Shown: piece after piece, positions 30,414-41,020 of the stretch | Position numbering within the stretch: the stretch's first letter is position 1 | Layout: every line of letters begins with the position of its first letter | From: an uncultured delta proteobacterium | GTDB taxonomy: Bacteria; Desulfobacterota; WTBG01; CAIYCZ01 | Reading direction: 5' to 3' | NCBI GenBank assembly: GCA_963803975.1 | Contig: CAWDOY010000025.1 | Coordinates: 91,106-155,105 of the forward strand | Length of the DNA stretch: 64,000 nucleotides | Notes under the pieces: generated by a model | What the model was told of the DNA's origin: nothing | Database searches by the model: none | The model's input: the letters and a program-made list of their open reading frames with translations, nothing else | Position numbers and translations under genes: made by a program

Positions 30414-30752
30414 TCATGAATTCTTGGGTTTCAGATCGATGCCTACAAGAAACCTTTCCGTATCCGACATGTCGCCGATGAGCTTCCGGAGCGGCAGGGG
30501 GAGTTTCTTGATGAGCGTTGGGGTGGCAATAATCTGCTCTCCCTTGGCCAGCTTGGGCTGCTGGTAGATGTCTATCACCTCGAGTTCGTAGCGGCCTGCC
30601 AGGTATTTTTCACAGAGTTTCTGGACATTGGCGATTGCCAGGGTTGACTTTGGGGTCATCCCTGTAACATACAGCCGAAGAACGTACTTTGCCCGGTCTC
30701 GCTTCGCTGCCGCTTTTTCGAATTCCTCAGTGCTCGTTTTCCCTCTTTTCAT
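30414..30752 (-). CDS. kaiB: KaiB family protein (second copy)
   Basis: [46 protein letters not shown]. Confidence 0.93.
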   Translation of the reverse strand: MKRGKTSTEEFEKAAAKRDRAKYVLRLYVTGMTPKSTLAIANVQKLCEKYLAGRYELEVIDIYQQPKLAKGEQIIATPTLIKKLPLPLRKLIGDMSDTERFLVGIDLKPKNS

Positions 30753-30784
30753 TCTCCATCGCTGTTACTCCAAAATTGATTTTA

Positions 30785-31117
30785 TCATCCGGAGACAGAA
30801 CGAATGTCGAGTCCCACCAGCACGCGCTCTGTGTTGGCCAGATCTCCGATAATCTTTTTAAGCGGTTCAGGAAGCTTCCTGACCAGTGTCGGTATGGCAA
30901 TAATCTGGTCCCCTTTGGCAAGCTGGGGATTCTTTAAAAGGTCTATCACTTCAATGCGGTATTTCCCCGCAAGGTGCTCTTCGCAGATCTTCTTTAAATT
31001 GGCAAAGGCCGTAATCGATTTCGGGGTCTGACCGGCTACATATAACCGGAGATTCCAGATTTCTTCTGTCGCATCGGTCTTTGCTTTCTTCCCCTTTCCT
31101 GGTGAGACAGCTTTCAT
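30785..31117 (-). CDS. kaiB: KaiB family protein
   Basis: [44 protein letters not shown]. Confidence 0.95.
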   Translation of the reverse strand: MKAVSPGKGKKAKTDATEEIWNLRLYVAGQTPKSITAFANLKKICEEHLAGKYRIEVIDLLKNPQLAKGDQIIAIPTLVRKLPEPLKKIIGDLANTERVLVGLDIRSVSG

Positions 31118-32869
31118 CTTACTCTCCTTTCCCTCTTCTTTTTCGAGCGCTTCGCCGGCGGAGCTGAAGGTTTCCCCTTGCGAAGATGCGCCATTTCCAA
31201 ACGGTCTTCTGCCAGGACAGCTTGTCTTTTTTGCTCTTCTTCCGCCATCAAATGCACCTCTTCAGTTTCCACATCGAACTCGGCACGCAGCGCTGCGATC
31301 TTTGTTTCCAGGGCATTCCTCTTGCGCTCCTGCTCGCGGAGCCTGCGATCCGCCTCACGCCGGCATGCCAGCTCAGAGGCCTTTTCCCCGGCTTCCTGGG
31401 CTGCCCGGGCACTGCCGGTTAATACCTCGCCGGAACCGGTATAGATGTCGATCAGGTCAATGCCCTGGTTCGTGAGCAGGAACTCTTGAATCTGGTTGGA
31501 GTGGGCCATGCCGCGGGACTTCAAAATGTAGAGGCCCCGGTTGCGTTCCCCGTTGAGTTCGATATCCCGGAGGAGAAGCCACGTATCGATCAGAGAAGAT
31601 ATCTCTTCGCTCGTGTGTTCAAGGCTGCCTCCAAAATGGGTGAGGTCCGTAAGGAAAGTAGAGATCTTTTTCATCTTCAAATAGTCGATCAGGCGCGTTA
31701 AGATGGATTTGACCTCTGATGCTGTTCCCGCGGCGCTCAGGTTGCTGATCGGGTCTACAATGAAAACCTGGGGATTGAACTCCTCGATCACCTTGTGGAA
31801 GGTGACAAGATGCATCTCAAGGCCGTAAAGCGAAGGCCGGGCTGAATGAAACTTGAGAAGCCCCTTCTTCACCCACCGGGCGAGATCGATGCCGATGGAG
31901 CCCATGTTCCGGATGATCTGGCTGGGCGATTCCTCGAAGGCAAAATACAGGCAGCGCTCACCACGCCGGCAGGCGGCGTCGGCAAAGGTAGCCGACAAAC
32001 TTGTTTTGCCTGTGCCCGCCGTACCGGAGACGAGGATGGTGCTGCCCCGGTAGAACCCCTTCCCATCAAGCATTGCATCCAACTTGGGGACGCCCGTGGA
32101 GATGCGCTCCGTGGAAACGGGGTAGTCGAGCCCCAGGGAAGTGATGGGCAGGATAGAGAGGCCGCTCTCGTCTATCAGGAAGGGATACTCGTCGGCGCCG
32201 TGAGATGAGCCGCGGTACTTGACAATACGCAGGCGGCGGGTGGAAATTTGCTCCTCGATGCGGAAGTCGAGGAAGATCACGCAATCGGCCACGTATTCTT
32301 CGAGCCCGTAGCGTGTCAGGAGTCTTGTCGCCGCTTTCCCCCGTAACGATGGCCGTCACACCGCGGTCTTTCAACCAGTGAAAAAGCCGGCGAAGCTCTG
32401 CCCGAATGATAGCGGCATTAGACAGCCCGGAGAAAAGTGCTTCTATGGTATCCAGGACAACCCGCTTCGCTCCGATGGAATCAATGGCATTCCCCAGGCG
32501 GATGAACAATCCTTCCAGGTCGTACTCACCCGTCTCCTCAATCTCGCTTCGCTCGATGTAGACGTGGTCCGTTGCGATGAGACCACGCGACATCATGTCA
32601 GGGAGATCAAAACCAAGGGAGATGAAGTTCTTCGCGAGATCCTCCGGCGTCTCCTCGAAGGTCATGAAGACCCCGGGTTCTCCGTAATCCATGGCGCCCC
32701 GCATGAGAAACTCCATGGCGAAAAGTGTTTTGCCGCAACCCGCACTGCCGCAGATCAGGGTTGGCCTGCCTTTCGGAAGCCCTCCCTTCGTGATCTCATC
32801 GAGACCCTTGATGCCCGTCGGGCATTTTTCAAGAACATCAACATCATGTTTTGCCTTAACCATCGTCAT
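31114..32869 (-). CDS. kaiC: Circadian clock-like double RecA ATPase/kinase KaiC, frameshifted near 32320
   Basis: [52 protein letters not shown]. Confidence 0.95.
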
Positions 32870-33182
32870 CTCCCAGCACCTTTACTAATCTGAAGTAATA
32901 CCTTTAAGAGTAAAATACTATTAAGACTGCTCAATAAAAACGCATTACAGAAATCATAATCCCCCCATCCGCCGCTGCCTTCTTCAAGGGGGGAAAGTGA
33001 GGGGAATGATGTCATTTTATTTATTGCGTTGTATTAATTTATCAAAAATTCCATTATCTCGCAATATAAAATGAATGCAGAAATATCAAACTGGTGGTTG
33101 CCTATGCTGTAGATAAACTTTCCTTCTGTTTCTTTGACGGTCACTTTGAAGGTCGCTATGTTGTTGTTGCCTTGGAGGAACC

Positions 33183-33384
33183 ATCGTGCAGCCGGGCAGT
33201 CTCCGCTTCTTCTCCTGTTATTCAGTCTCTTCTGCTATACCCGTTTGCCATCCGGTTCTATAGATGCCGTACTATCCATTCTCTGAATGTAAATCTACTG
33301 CTGCTATATGTTCGATCGTTATCCCCCCTGTAAAGTTTTTTACGGTACTTCCATCTTTATAGGAATTTTTAACGAATGGTAACT
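33183..33384 (-). mobile_element. Degenerate IS110-like transposase 5' fragment, copy 1
   Basis: Direct repeat of 34145-34345; reads IAAVDLHSENG*YGI. Confidence 0.55.
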
Positions 33385-33476
33385 TTTAGATTGATTCTCA
33401 GTTTGTTATATGAAATAGGGAGATGTAGTTCCTTAACCACTTTCCAACCCTACATGCTGCAATAGGAGGTTCGACT

Positions 33477-34097
33477 ATGCGCCAGATATGGGCTGCGGCC
33501 TGGCTTGCGACATTCCTTCTGGTGGACCAGGCGACCGCGGCTGACCAGGCCCAGAAGGCGGAAACCGCCAAGAGCAAGGCGGAGGTGCTGGAGAAGAAGG
33601 CCGCGCCCGATGGCAGTAAGGTGCTACCGACTCCGGCCCAGATCATCACTAAGCCCCAAGCGCAGGCGGTCGATTCGACCGGCAAAGAGCTCTTGGACGA
33701 TGCGATCACCTGTCTTGCCCGCAGCATCTACTGGGAGGCCAAGGGCAAGAGTGATGCCGGCATGGAAGCCATCGCCAATGTCGTTATGAACCGGGTCGGC
33801 CATGAGGGCTTCCCAAACACCATCTGTGGAGTTGTCAAGCAAGGCCACGAGCAGGGTGCCTGCCAGTTCTCGTGGTGGTGCGATGGCCGTCCGGATGACG
33901 CAGAGGAGAAAGAGTCCTACTCGCGCGCCAAGGAAATCGCCCGCAAGGCCCTCAACCGCCAACTCAAGGACCGAACCGGTGGTGCCTTGTATTTCCACAA
34001 TCGGAAAGTAGCCCCCAATTGGTCCAAGGAATATATCAGGACGGTCGAGGTCGGCGAGCATGTCTTCTACAAACCGGCTGGCGGCGAGGCCAAATAG
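33477..34097 (+). CDS. Cell wall hydrolase, SleB/Hydrolase_2 family
   Basis: CLARSIYWEAKG, VVMNRV, FPNTICGVVKQ, CQFSWWCDG, GALYFH. Confidence 0.92.
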   Translation: MRQIWAAAWLATFLLVDQATAADQAQKAETAKSKAEVLEKKAAPDGSKVLPTPAQIITKPQAQAVDSTGKELLDDAITCLARSIYWEAKGKSDAGMEAIANVVMNRVGHEGFPNTICGVVKQGHEQGACQFSWWCDGRPDDAEEKESYSRAKEIARKALNRQLKDRTGGALYFHNRKVAPNWSKEYIRTVEVGEHVFYKPAGGEAK

Positions 34098-34144
34098 GAG
34101 GAGGATTTGGATTTGGGGTCACCCATTAAAGGTTCCTTGTCAAG

Positions 34145-34345
34145 ATCGTACAGCAAGGCAGTCTCCGTTTCTTCTCCTGTTATTCAGCCTCTTCTGATAT
34201 ACCCGTTTGCCATCCGGTTCTATGATGCCGTAATATCCATTGTCTGAATGTTAATCTACTGCTGCTATACGTTCCATCGTTATTCCTCCTGTAATATTTT
34301 TTATGGTACTTCCAGCTTTACAGGAATCTTTAACGAATGGTAACT
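34145..34345 (-). mobile_element. Degenerate IS110-like transposase 5' fragment, copy 2
   Basis: AGGAGG RBS and ATG 34277: MERIAAVD*HSDNGYYGIIEPDGKRVYQKRLNN, resembling the DEDD N-terminus (GIDLHSNN..VYQKRLPN). Confidence 0.6.
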
Positions 34346-35702
34346 AATAATATTGCTCAAAGCATCGTTTCAGGGACGGCGAGTGTTTTAACTTGGCAAG
34401 CGCCTTGTCTTCAAGCTGCCGTATCCGCTCCCGCGATAAATTGAATCTGTGCCCGATCTCCTCCAGGGTATGCTCTGCGTCGATTCCGATACCGAACCGC
34501 AGTTTGATGATTTCCTGTTCGCGGGGGGCAAGTATTTGCAGAGCCAGCTCTGCAGTTTGCAGACGCTGGTCCTTCAATATCTCATCAAGCGGTGAGGTGT
34601 TTGAGGGATCTTCAATAAAATATTTTAAGGGGCCGTCTACTTTTCCCACGGGGGTTTCCAGTGAAATGGTATCCTGCAATATCTGCTGTATCTCATCAAC
34701 ATGTCTCGAGGAAATACCCATTGCTTCAACAAGCGATGACCGCACCGGCGCTTTGCCGGTGTCCTGTACGATCTGCCGGGTTATTTTTTTCATTTTTTTC
34801 AGCCGTTCATTTATATAGACCGGTAAGCGGACGCTGCTTCTCTGCCCGTCGATGCAGCGCACTATTGCCTGCCGTATCCACCAGGACGCATAGGTGCTGA
34901 AACGGGCACCCAGGCGATAGTCAAACTTTTCTGCCGCCCGCATCAGGCCGATGTTTCCTTCCTGAATAATATCAGCAAGCGGCATCCCCCAGTTTAAATA
35001 CCGCCGGGCAAGGCCCACCACCAGCCGCAGGTTTGATTTCACAAGCCGGGCGCGTGCTCCCTGTGACCGTGCTTCGGCAGTTTCTATTGCCTGCATCATG
35101 CGCAGTATTTCTTTTTCAGCTTTCACCTTCTGCCGCGCGTTTACACTTGCCAACATGCTTAATTTCTCTGAAGAATTGTGCGGTCTTTGAGCGCGCGAAG
35201 GTCGACCTGCGAAACAACCGCGCAAAACTCACTGACGATTTTCGCTTTGCTGCGGTTGAGCTTCCGGCGCTCATAGGAGCCGGGAACGCTCTTCTGTATC
35301 GAGCGCTCCAGCGTCTTTATTTTTTTCTGCAATGATAGCTGCTGTCATGCATGCCCGCACTATCGGATGCGCATCCGTTGCGGCAGTCAGGAAGCGCCGC
35401 TTATCAATGAGCTGCGCAACGTACAGCAGGAGCTGCCCGGTCAGCTCCTGCTTGTTCTTCTCCTGCTCCACGCTTTCTTTGCCCAGCGTAATTTCTTCCT
35501 GTGGTGTGAGCAGCACGCTGGTGCGCAGCTCCTTTAAGTAGGCTGACAGTATATCTTTATCCCGCGCCTCTCTGGTTGACTGAGCGGTTGAATCATCCGC
35601 TGTATCTGCAGCCGCATCATGGCCGCTATTGAGCAATGGTTCATTCTCTTCAACGCTTATGATTTCTTCCAAGTGTGTATCCAATGCGTAAACAGTTTCC
35701 AC
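34344..35702 (-). CDS. sigma70-family group 2 (RpoD/RpoS-like) sigma factor, frameshifted near 35230-35290
   Basis: Region 1.2 AYLKEL..LLTPQEE; SNLRLVV, QEGNIGLMRAAEKFDY, FSTYASWWIRQ, TLEEIG..SRERIRQLE; no region 1.1. Confidence 0.9.
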
Positions 35703-35748
35703 GTTCGCACCCCCTTTGAAAATGTTGTTGTCTCTTGTCTGTCCTCTG

Positions 35749-36201
35749 TCATCTGTCTTTGTGATGCGGTGCGCGCAGCACCAGCACCGGACAGGTTGCA
35801 AGTCTGATGACTTTCTCTGCTACTGAGCCGAAAATGAAATGGTGAAAGGCTGATTCCCCGTGAGTGGCAATGATAATAAGGCCCATGTTATTCTCATCAG
35901 CACATTTCACTATCTCTGCCGCAGGGCTTCCCATTTTGAGTATGGGATGAATCTGCAGCTCGCCCCCACCATGCTCTGCGGCAATTTTTTGTAATGCAGT
36001 GCGGGTAGACTCAATAAGTTCCTGCTCGAACGCGGGCAGGCTGATGGTCAGCTCAGCACTGAATGCGGTAACAGGCTCTACGACATGAATCGCCCATACT
36101 TCACTGGATAATCTGGCAGCAAGCTCTTTCACTGTTTCAAGTGCTTTGTACGACGCCTCACTGAAATCAGTTGGCCAGAGTATTTTTTTTAACGGCAACA
36201 T
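35749..36201 (-). CDS. Universal stress protein
   Basis: KILWPTDFS, IIIATHG..FGSVAEKVIRLATCPVLV. Confidence 0.93.
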   Translation of the reverse strand: MLPLKKILWPTDFSEASYKALETVKELAARLSSEVWAIHVVEPVTAFSAELTISLPAFEQELIESTRTALQKIAAEHGGGELQIHPILKMGSPAAEIVKCADENNMGLIIIATHGESAFHHFIFGSVAEKVIRLATCPVLVLRAPHHKDR

Positions 36202-36324
36202 GCGCTGCGACTCCTTTCTTTATTGGCGCTCACTTCTGCATCTGGTAACGAAAGCTAATGGTAAAAGCTGTTTTATCTGCCCCCTAATTTACAAATTCCC
36301 CGCAGCAAATGCAATTTGCAGAAA

Positions 36325-36380
36325 CACCCATTTTTATATGGTTAAAATACGTATTTTTCGTATGGGTAGAAATACGTATA
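36325..36380. promoter_or_regulatory. Array of TACnnAT heptamers (NarL/LuxR-type operator candidate)
   Basis: CACCCAT..ATGGTTA..TACGTAT..ATGGGTA..TACGTAT; 21-mer identical to 37289-37309. Confidence 0.55.
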
Positions 36381-36628
36381 AGGAGTTAGAGGAGTTGAGG
36401 AGTTGGAGTTGAGTAGCTGGGGAGTGAATCGGCTGAGTCGGTCGACAGCTGGCCTAGGCGACAGCCAGGCATGAGGCACGACGCTTCGCACAGGCTACGG
36501 TGAAGCAGGTGAAGAGGCATAACAAAAGGTAACGAGTTTAATAGGTAACTATAGCTTTTTTCCTCTAGCCATTTTCACGTTCCACTATTCACGTATTCAC
36601 TGTTCACTATCCACGGGCCACTAATCAG

Positions 36629-37081
36629 CTACACCTCGTGTTTTTCCTTAAAGCCGGGGGATAAATAAAAGTCTCCGTTGCGGACAGTTTTGATGGCGGA
36701 AAATATTTCCGAGTCCATCTCTCCCTTCAGCAAATACCCTTCAGCCCCGCCGGCAATGGCGTATTCGAGATATTCTTTATTGTCGTAGATGCTCAGAAAC
36801 AATACTTTAACTGACGGGTACACCAGCTTAATCTGCCGGGCGGTTTCAATCCCGCCGAGGTACGGCATGGATATATCAAGGATAACCAGATGCGGCAATG
36901 CCTGCTGCTGAGCATTCAGCTTATATAAATAACCAAGCAGCTCCAGGCCATTGCCCGCCTCTCCGCAAATCATTAATTCGGGGTCTTCCTCGATGTAATG
37001 TTTCAGCTCTTCCCGGATCAGCTGGTTGTCGTCAGTCAGGACAATACTGTATGATTTCTGCGCAGACACCTTTGGCGACAT
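36629..37081 (-). CDS. Single-domain NarL-type response regulator (REC only)
   Basis: LTDD, ILDISMP, GYLLK; no HTH. Confidence 0.88.
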   Translation of the reverse strand: MSPKVSAQKSYSIVLTDDNQLIREELKHYIEEDPELMICGEAGNGLELLGYLYKLNAQQQALPHLVILDISMPYLGGIETARQIKLVYPSVKVLFLSIYDNKEYLEYAIAGGAEGYLLKGEMDSEIFSAIKTVRNGDFYLSPGFKEKHEV

Positions 37082-37277
37082 ATAATAGTTATTCCAGCTG
37101 ATTGTCGAATCCCTGCCTTAAAAGCCCCGTCCCGCTCAGACGGGATTGGCTGGGATTAAAAAGCAGGCATCGTATAATATAATTAATTGAGCACATGCGC
37201 CGTGCCAGGCACGGACTGCGTTACTTGTTTTGTAGTAAGTGTAGCAACACGATACAAACAATTTCAATAAGCAGTAA

Positions 37278-37309
37278 TACTCATTTTAGTATGGGTAGAA
37301 ATACGTATA
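37278..37309. promoter_or_regulatory. Second heptamer array
   Basis: TACTCAT-N6-ATGGGTA-N4-TACGTAT. Confidence 0.55.
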
Positions 37310-37858
37310 TAAGAGTTGAGAGTTGAGGAGTTGCGGAGTCGGTGAATGGGTGAGTCGGTCTACATACAGGTAAAAAGGTGAAGAGGCAACCACCTTCGAA
37401 GGCTACGGTGGGCAGCACGCAAAGGCATAAGGCCAAAGGTGAATGGGTGAATCGTGATAGGCAAAAAGGTTAATAGGTTTAGCCTTTTAGCCTCTTGACC
37501 TTTCAGATAGCCACTGTCCACTGATTTAAGCAGAATGGGTAACTCACTGTTTTTATGCTTGAACTTGAATGTGCATGTATGTAATATTGATTAGCAACTA
37601 TCGTAATCATTGCTAAGCAGGGTGATATCAATATGGTTGGATTACAGGCGCTTGAATCCAGACAGAATATTACGGGCAAAAAATCCATTGGTTTTGCTTC
37701 TTTCACACCGTTTTCTCACTTCTTGTTAAAGTCTTTCCTCCGTATCTCCAGGCCAGCAGCACAGCTATGTATTTCTGGTATTCGGTTGAGCAGAGCATAG
37801 AAGAAAGGGTTGCGATTTATCATAGCCGGCACTCTTATTGTTTGGAGGCAATAAGACC

Positions 37859-39991
37859 ATGAAGAAAAACAAATCAGTTTCCGGGAAGGTTCATGCGCAT
37901 CGGGAGGAAGCCGAACAACGGCTTGCTGCAAAAGGCACAGCCGCTGAACAACGCTCAGATGTTGATGCCCGGCTTGCGATTCACGAGCTGCAGGTGCACC
38001 AGATTGAGCTTGAGATGCAGAATGAAGAGCTGCGCAGAGCCCAGGCTGAGCTTGAAGAGTCGCGCAGCAGGTATAGCGACCTCTATGACTTTGCCCCGGT
38101 CGGCTATTTCACCTTTGATCAGCAGGGTCTCATCCTCGAAGTGAACCTTACCGGCACCACGCTGCTGGGCGTAGAGCGAAGCGCTCTGAGCAAAAAGCCC
38201 TTTGTCCTCTTTATCGCCCCGGAGCACCAGGACACATTCTATCTGCACCTCCGCCAGGTCATGCAAACCGGGACCCAACAGAGCTGCGAAATCAGGCTGA
38301 TCAGAAAAGACGGCACCTGGTTCCATGCGCAGCTTGCAAGCATAGCAGCAGATGATGGAAAACAGAATACCAGCCTTTGCCGGACCGTAGTGACTGATAT
38401 TACGGAGCGCAGGCAGGCGGGGGAGTCGCTGCGCAGAGCAAAAGATGATCTGGAACTGCGGGTGCAGGAGCGCACGGCAGAGTTGGCACGTGCTAATGAA
38501 TTATTGCTGGAAGAAATCCAGGAGCACAAGCGGATGCAGGAAGCCCTGCAAGCCGCTGCTCTTTATGCCCGGACCCTGCTTGAGGCAAATCTTGACCCGC
38601 TGGTCACCATCAGCAGGGACGGGAAAATAATGGATGCAAACCTGGCGACAGAGCAGGCAATAGGTCTTTCCCGTGAGCTGATAATCGGCAGCGACTTTTC
38701 AGACTACTTTACAGAGCCGATAAAAGCCCGCACGGGATACGAGCAGGTATTCAAACAAGGATTTGTACGAGACTATCCCCTCGCTATCAAGAGCCTGTCG
38801 GGCATGGTCATGGAGGTGTTATACAATGCCACGGTATTTAAAAACAGCGCCAATGAAGTGGAAGGTGTATTGGCCTCAGCCCGGGATATCAGCGCTCGTA
38901 AGCGCATCGAGAGAGAGCTCAGCCAAAGTGAGCAGCGCCTTAAAGATGCTCAGAAAATTGCCCATCTGGGCAGCTGGGAATGGGACGTTAATAGCGACGA
39001 GCAGCGCTGGTCGGAGGAGCTGTACCGCATTTTCGGCTACGACCCGCACAAAATGGCCATGACCCATGAAATTTCTTTTAACGCGATTCATCCGGAAGAT
39101 CAGGAGTATGTTACGCGGATGGTTTGGGAAGCATTGGAAACGAATGATGACTACAATATCGATTTCAGGGTTATTCGTGCCGATGGCACTATGCGCTTTT
39201 TAAATTCCCAGGCGAGACTATACCGGGATAATCAGGGCCGCCCCCAGAGAATGGTGGGGTCGGTGCTTGACATCACTGATAGAAAAAATATTGAAAGAGA
39301 ACTGCAGGAATCAGAGCAGCAGCTCCGCCGCCTGACTGCTGAACTCCTGATCGCCCAGGAAGCAGAGCGCAAGCGCATTGCCGGAGAGGTGCACGATGAG
39401 CTGGGCCAGTCCATGACCGTGCTCAAGCTCAGGCTGCGGACCATCGAGAAGCAGCTGCTCAAAGATCAGATTAAACTCAAAGGGGAGTGTCTGGACCTTT
39501 TAGGGTACGCGGACGGAATCCTGAAAAGTGTGCGCCGGATTTCCCGCGACCTGACCCCCTCCATACTTGAGGACCTCGGCCTGTCTGCCGCAGTGCGCTG
39601 GCTGGTTGATAATTTCAAGGAAAATCTGGATGTGAACATAGCATTGCAGGCGGTACCTATAGATTCTTTGGTGCCCAAAAACCTGCAGATTAATATCTAC
39701 CGCATCCTGCAGGAATGCCTGACCAACAGCGGAAAGCACGCCGAGGCGCAAAATATAACGGTGTCAATCCGGCAGCAGCAGGACGCGATGCTGTTCACGG
39801 TGGAAGATGACGGCAGAGGGTTTGACCCGGAGCAGCTTTTCAGCGAGAAGGCCCCGGCACAAGGTTTAGGGTTTACAACCATGCGGGAGCGTGCTTTATT
39901 ATTGAATGGAAAGCTCGACATATCGAGCTTTCCAGGAAGGGGAACCAGAATAACCCTGCAGATCCCCATGGACAGTGAAGGAGCGCTGTAA
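37859..39991 (+). CDS. Cytoplasmic multi-PAS histidine kinase (HisKA_3)
   Basis: Three PAS domains, QEAERKRIAGEVHDELGQ, YRILQECLTN, EDDGRGF. Confidence 0.93.
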   Translation: MKKNKSVSGKVHAHREEAEQRLAAKGTAAEQRSDVDARLAIHELQVHQIELEMQNEELRRAQAELEESRSRYSDLYDFAPVGYFTFDQQGLILEVNLTGTTLLGVERSALSKKPFVLFIAPEHQDTFYLHLRQVMQTGTQQSCEIRLIRKDGTWFHAQLASIAADDGKQNTSLCRTVVTDITERRQAGESLRRAKDDLELRVQERTAELARANELLLEEIQEHKRMQEALQAAALYARTLLEANLDPLVTISRDGKIMDANLATEQAIGLSRELIIGSDFSDYFTEPIKARTGYEQVFKQGFVRDYPLAIKSLSGMVMEVLYNATVFKNSANEVEGVLASARDISARKRIERELSQSEQRLKDAQKIAHLGSWEWDVNSDEQRWSEELYRIFGYDPHKMAMTHEISFNAIHPEDQEYVTRMVWEALETNDDYNIDFRVIRADGTMRFLNSQARLYRDNQGRPQRMVGSVLDITDRKNIERELQESEQQLRRLTAELLIAQEAERKRIAGEVHDELGQSMTVLKLRLRTIEKQLLKDQIKLKGECLDLLGYADGILKSVRRISRDLTPSILEDLGLSAAVRWLVDNFKENLDVNIALQAVPIDSLVPKNLQINIYRILQECLTNSGKHAEAQNITVSIRQQQDAMLFTVEDDGRGFDPEQLFSEKAPAQGLGFTTMRERALLLNGKLDISSFPGRGTRITLQIPMDSEGAL

Positions 39992-40638
39992 TGGCTGTTT
40001 ACCGTATTATACTGGCTGATGATCATCCGCTGCTGCGGCAGGGTTTAAAGAAGATCATTCACGAAAATGGCGGGATGAAGATCATCGGAGAAGCAGGTGA
40101 CGGCATGGAGCTGTTAAAGCTCCTGCCCAAAACAAACCCTGATCTGGTTATTATGGATATATCCATGCCAAAGCTCAGGGGCATCGAGGCCATCCCCAGG
40201 ATCAAAACGATTCATCCGCAGGTAAAAATTTTAATCCTTTCCATGCACGGGGATAAGGAATATCTCTGTCAGGCGATCTCGGCCGGTGCTGACGGGTACC
40301 TGTTAAAAGAAGATGCGGACAGCGAATTGTTTACTGCCATCGAAACTATTTTTCAAAATAAAATTTACATATCACCCATGCTCGCTGATATCAGCAGGGA
40401 GGACTGGGCCGAGCGCTGCCGCCAGAAGGACAAACCCTTTACGGTAAAAACCATGTCGCCCCGCGAGCAGGAAATTATAAAGCTTATTGCAGATGGAAAA
40501 ACCAGCAAAGAGATTGCCGACATTCTGTTTATCAGCTTCCGTACTGCAGAACGGCACCGCGCCAATATTATGAGAAAATTCGGCTTGAAAAAAACCGCCG
40601 ACCTGGTAAAATTTGCCATTGAAAAGGGTTATGTGTAA
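39991..40638 (+). CDS. NarL/LuxR family response regulator
   Basis: LADDHPL, MDISMP, SPREQEIIKLIADGKTSKEIA. Confidence 0.95.
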   Translation: MAVYRIILADDHPLLRQGLKKIIHENGGMKIIGEAGDGMELLKLLPKTNPDLVIMDISMPKLRGIEAIPRIKTIHPQVKILILSMHGDKEYLCQAISAGADGYLLKEDADSELFTAIETIFQNKIYISPMLADISREDWAERCRQKDKPFTVKTMSPREQEIIKLIADGKTSKEIADILFISFRTAERHRANIMRKFGLKKTADLVKFAIEKGYV

Positions 40639-40789
40639 AGGGGCTTCGAGTTTAAGGAGTTTAGGAGTTGTGGAGTTTAGGAGTTGCAATAAATGTCAAA
40701 ATCCAAATGACAAATGAATGTCAAATACAACAGACAGCACAGATGACAGACAACAGATCACCTCTTCACCTTTTTACCTCTTTACCTTT

Positions 40790-41020
40790 TTACCCCTTCA
40801 CCGGTAACAGCGTGCCCCTGACAACCTCTTCCGTTACCCCCTCAATCCGCAGCACTTTGTGACGTGAGGTTTTTCCCCGGATAATGGCAACCTGCCGACG
40901 CGCAATTCCCAACTGTTTGGCAATAAATTCACAGCACTGCTTTATGCGGAGGGAGTTGTTGTGGATGCCGGCGATCTCGCAGCGTGAAGAGCGGGGAACC
41001 ACGGAGACGGTTAGTTCGAC
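40790..41020 (-). pseudogene. Truncated duplicate of DUF167 (yggU) with an internal 36-bp deletion
   Basis: Near-identical to about 42465-42685; lacks the N-terminus and LTSPPVDNEANK. Confidence 0.85.

Noticed and set aside
21418..34122. CCGTCCCC (about 21421) and TGGGGTCA (about 34114) motifs at ends of GC-rich genes as REP/RAYT ends
   Set aside because: Too short and unpaired to support without the associated transposase.
37190..37220. GGCAC-containing sites here, near 20500 and near 12250 as sigma54 promoters
   Set aside because: No correctly spaced -12 TTGC.
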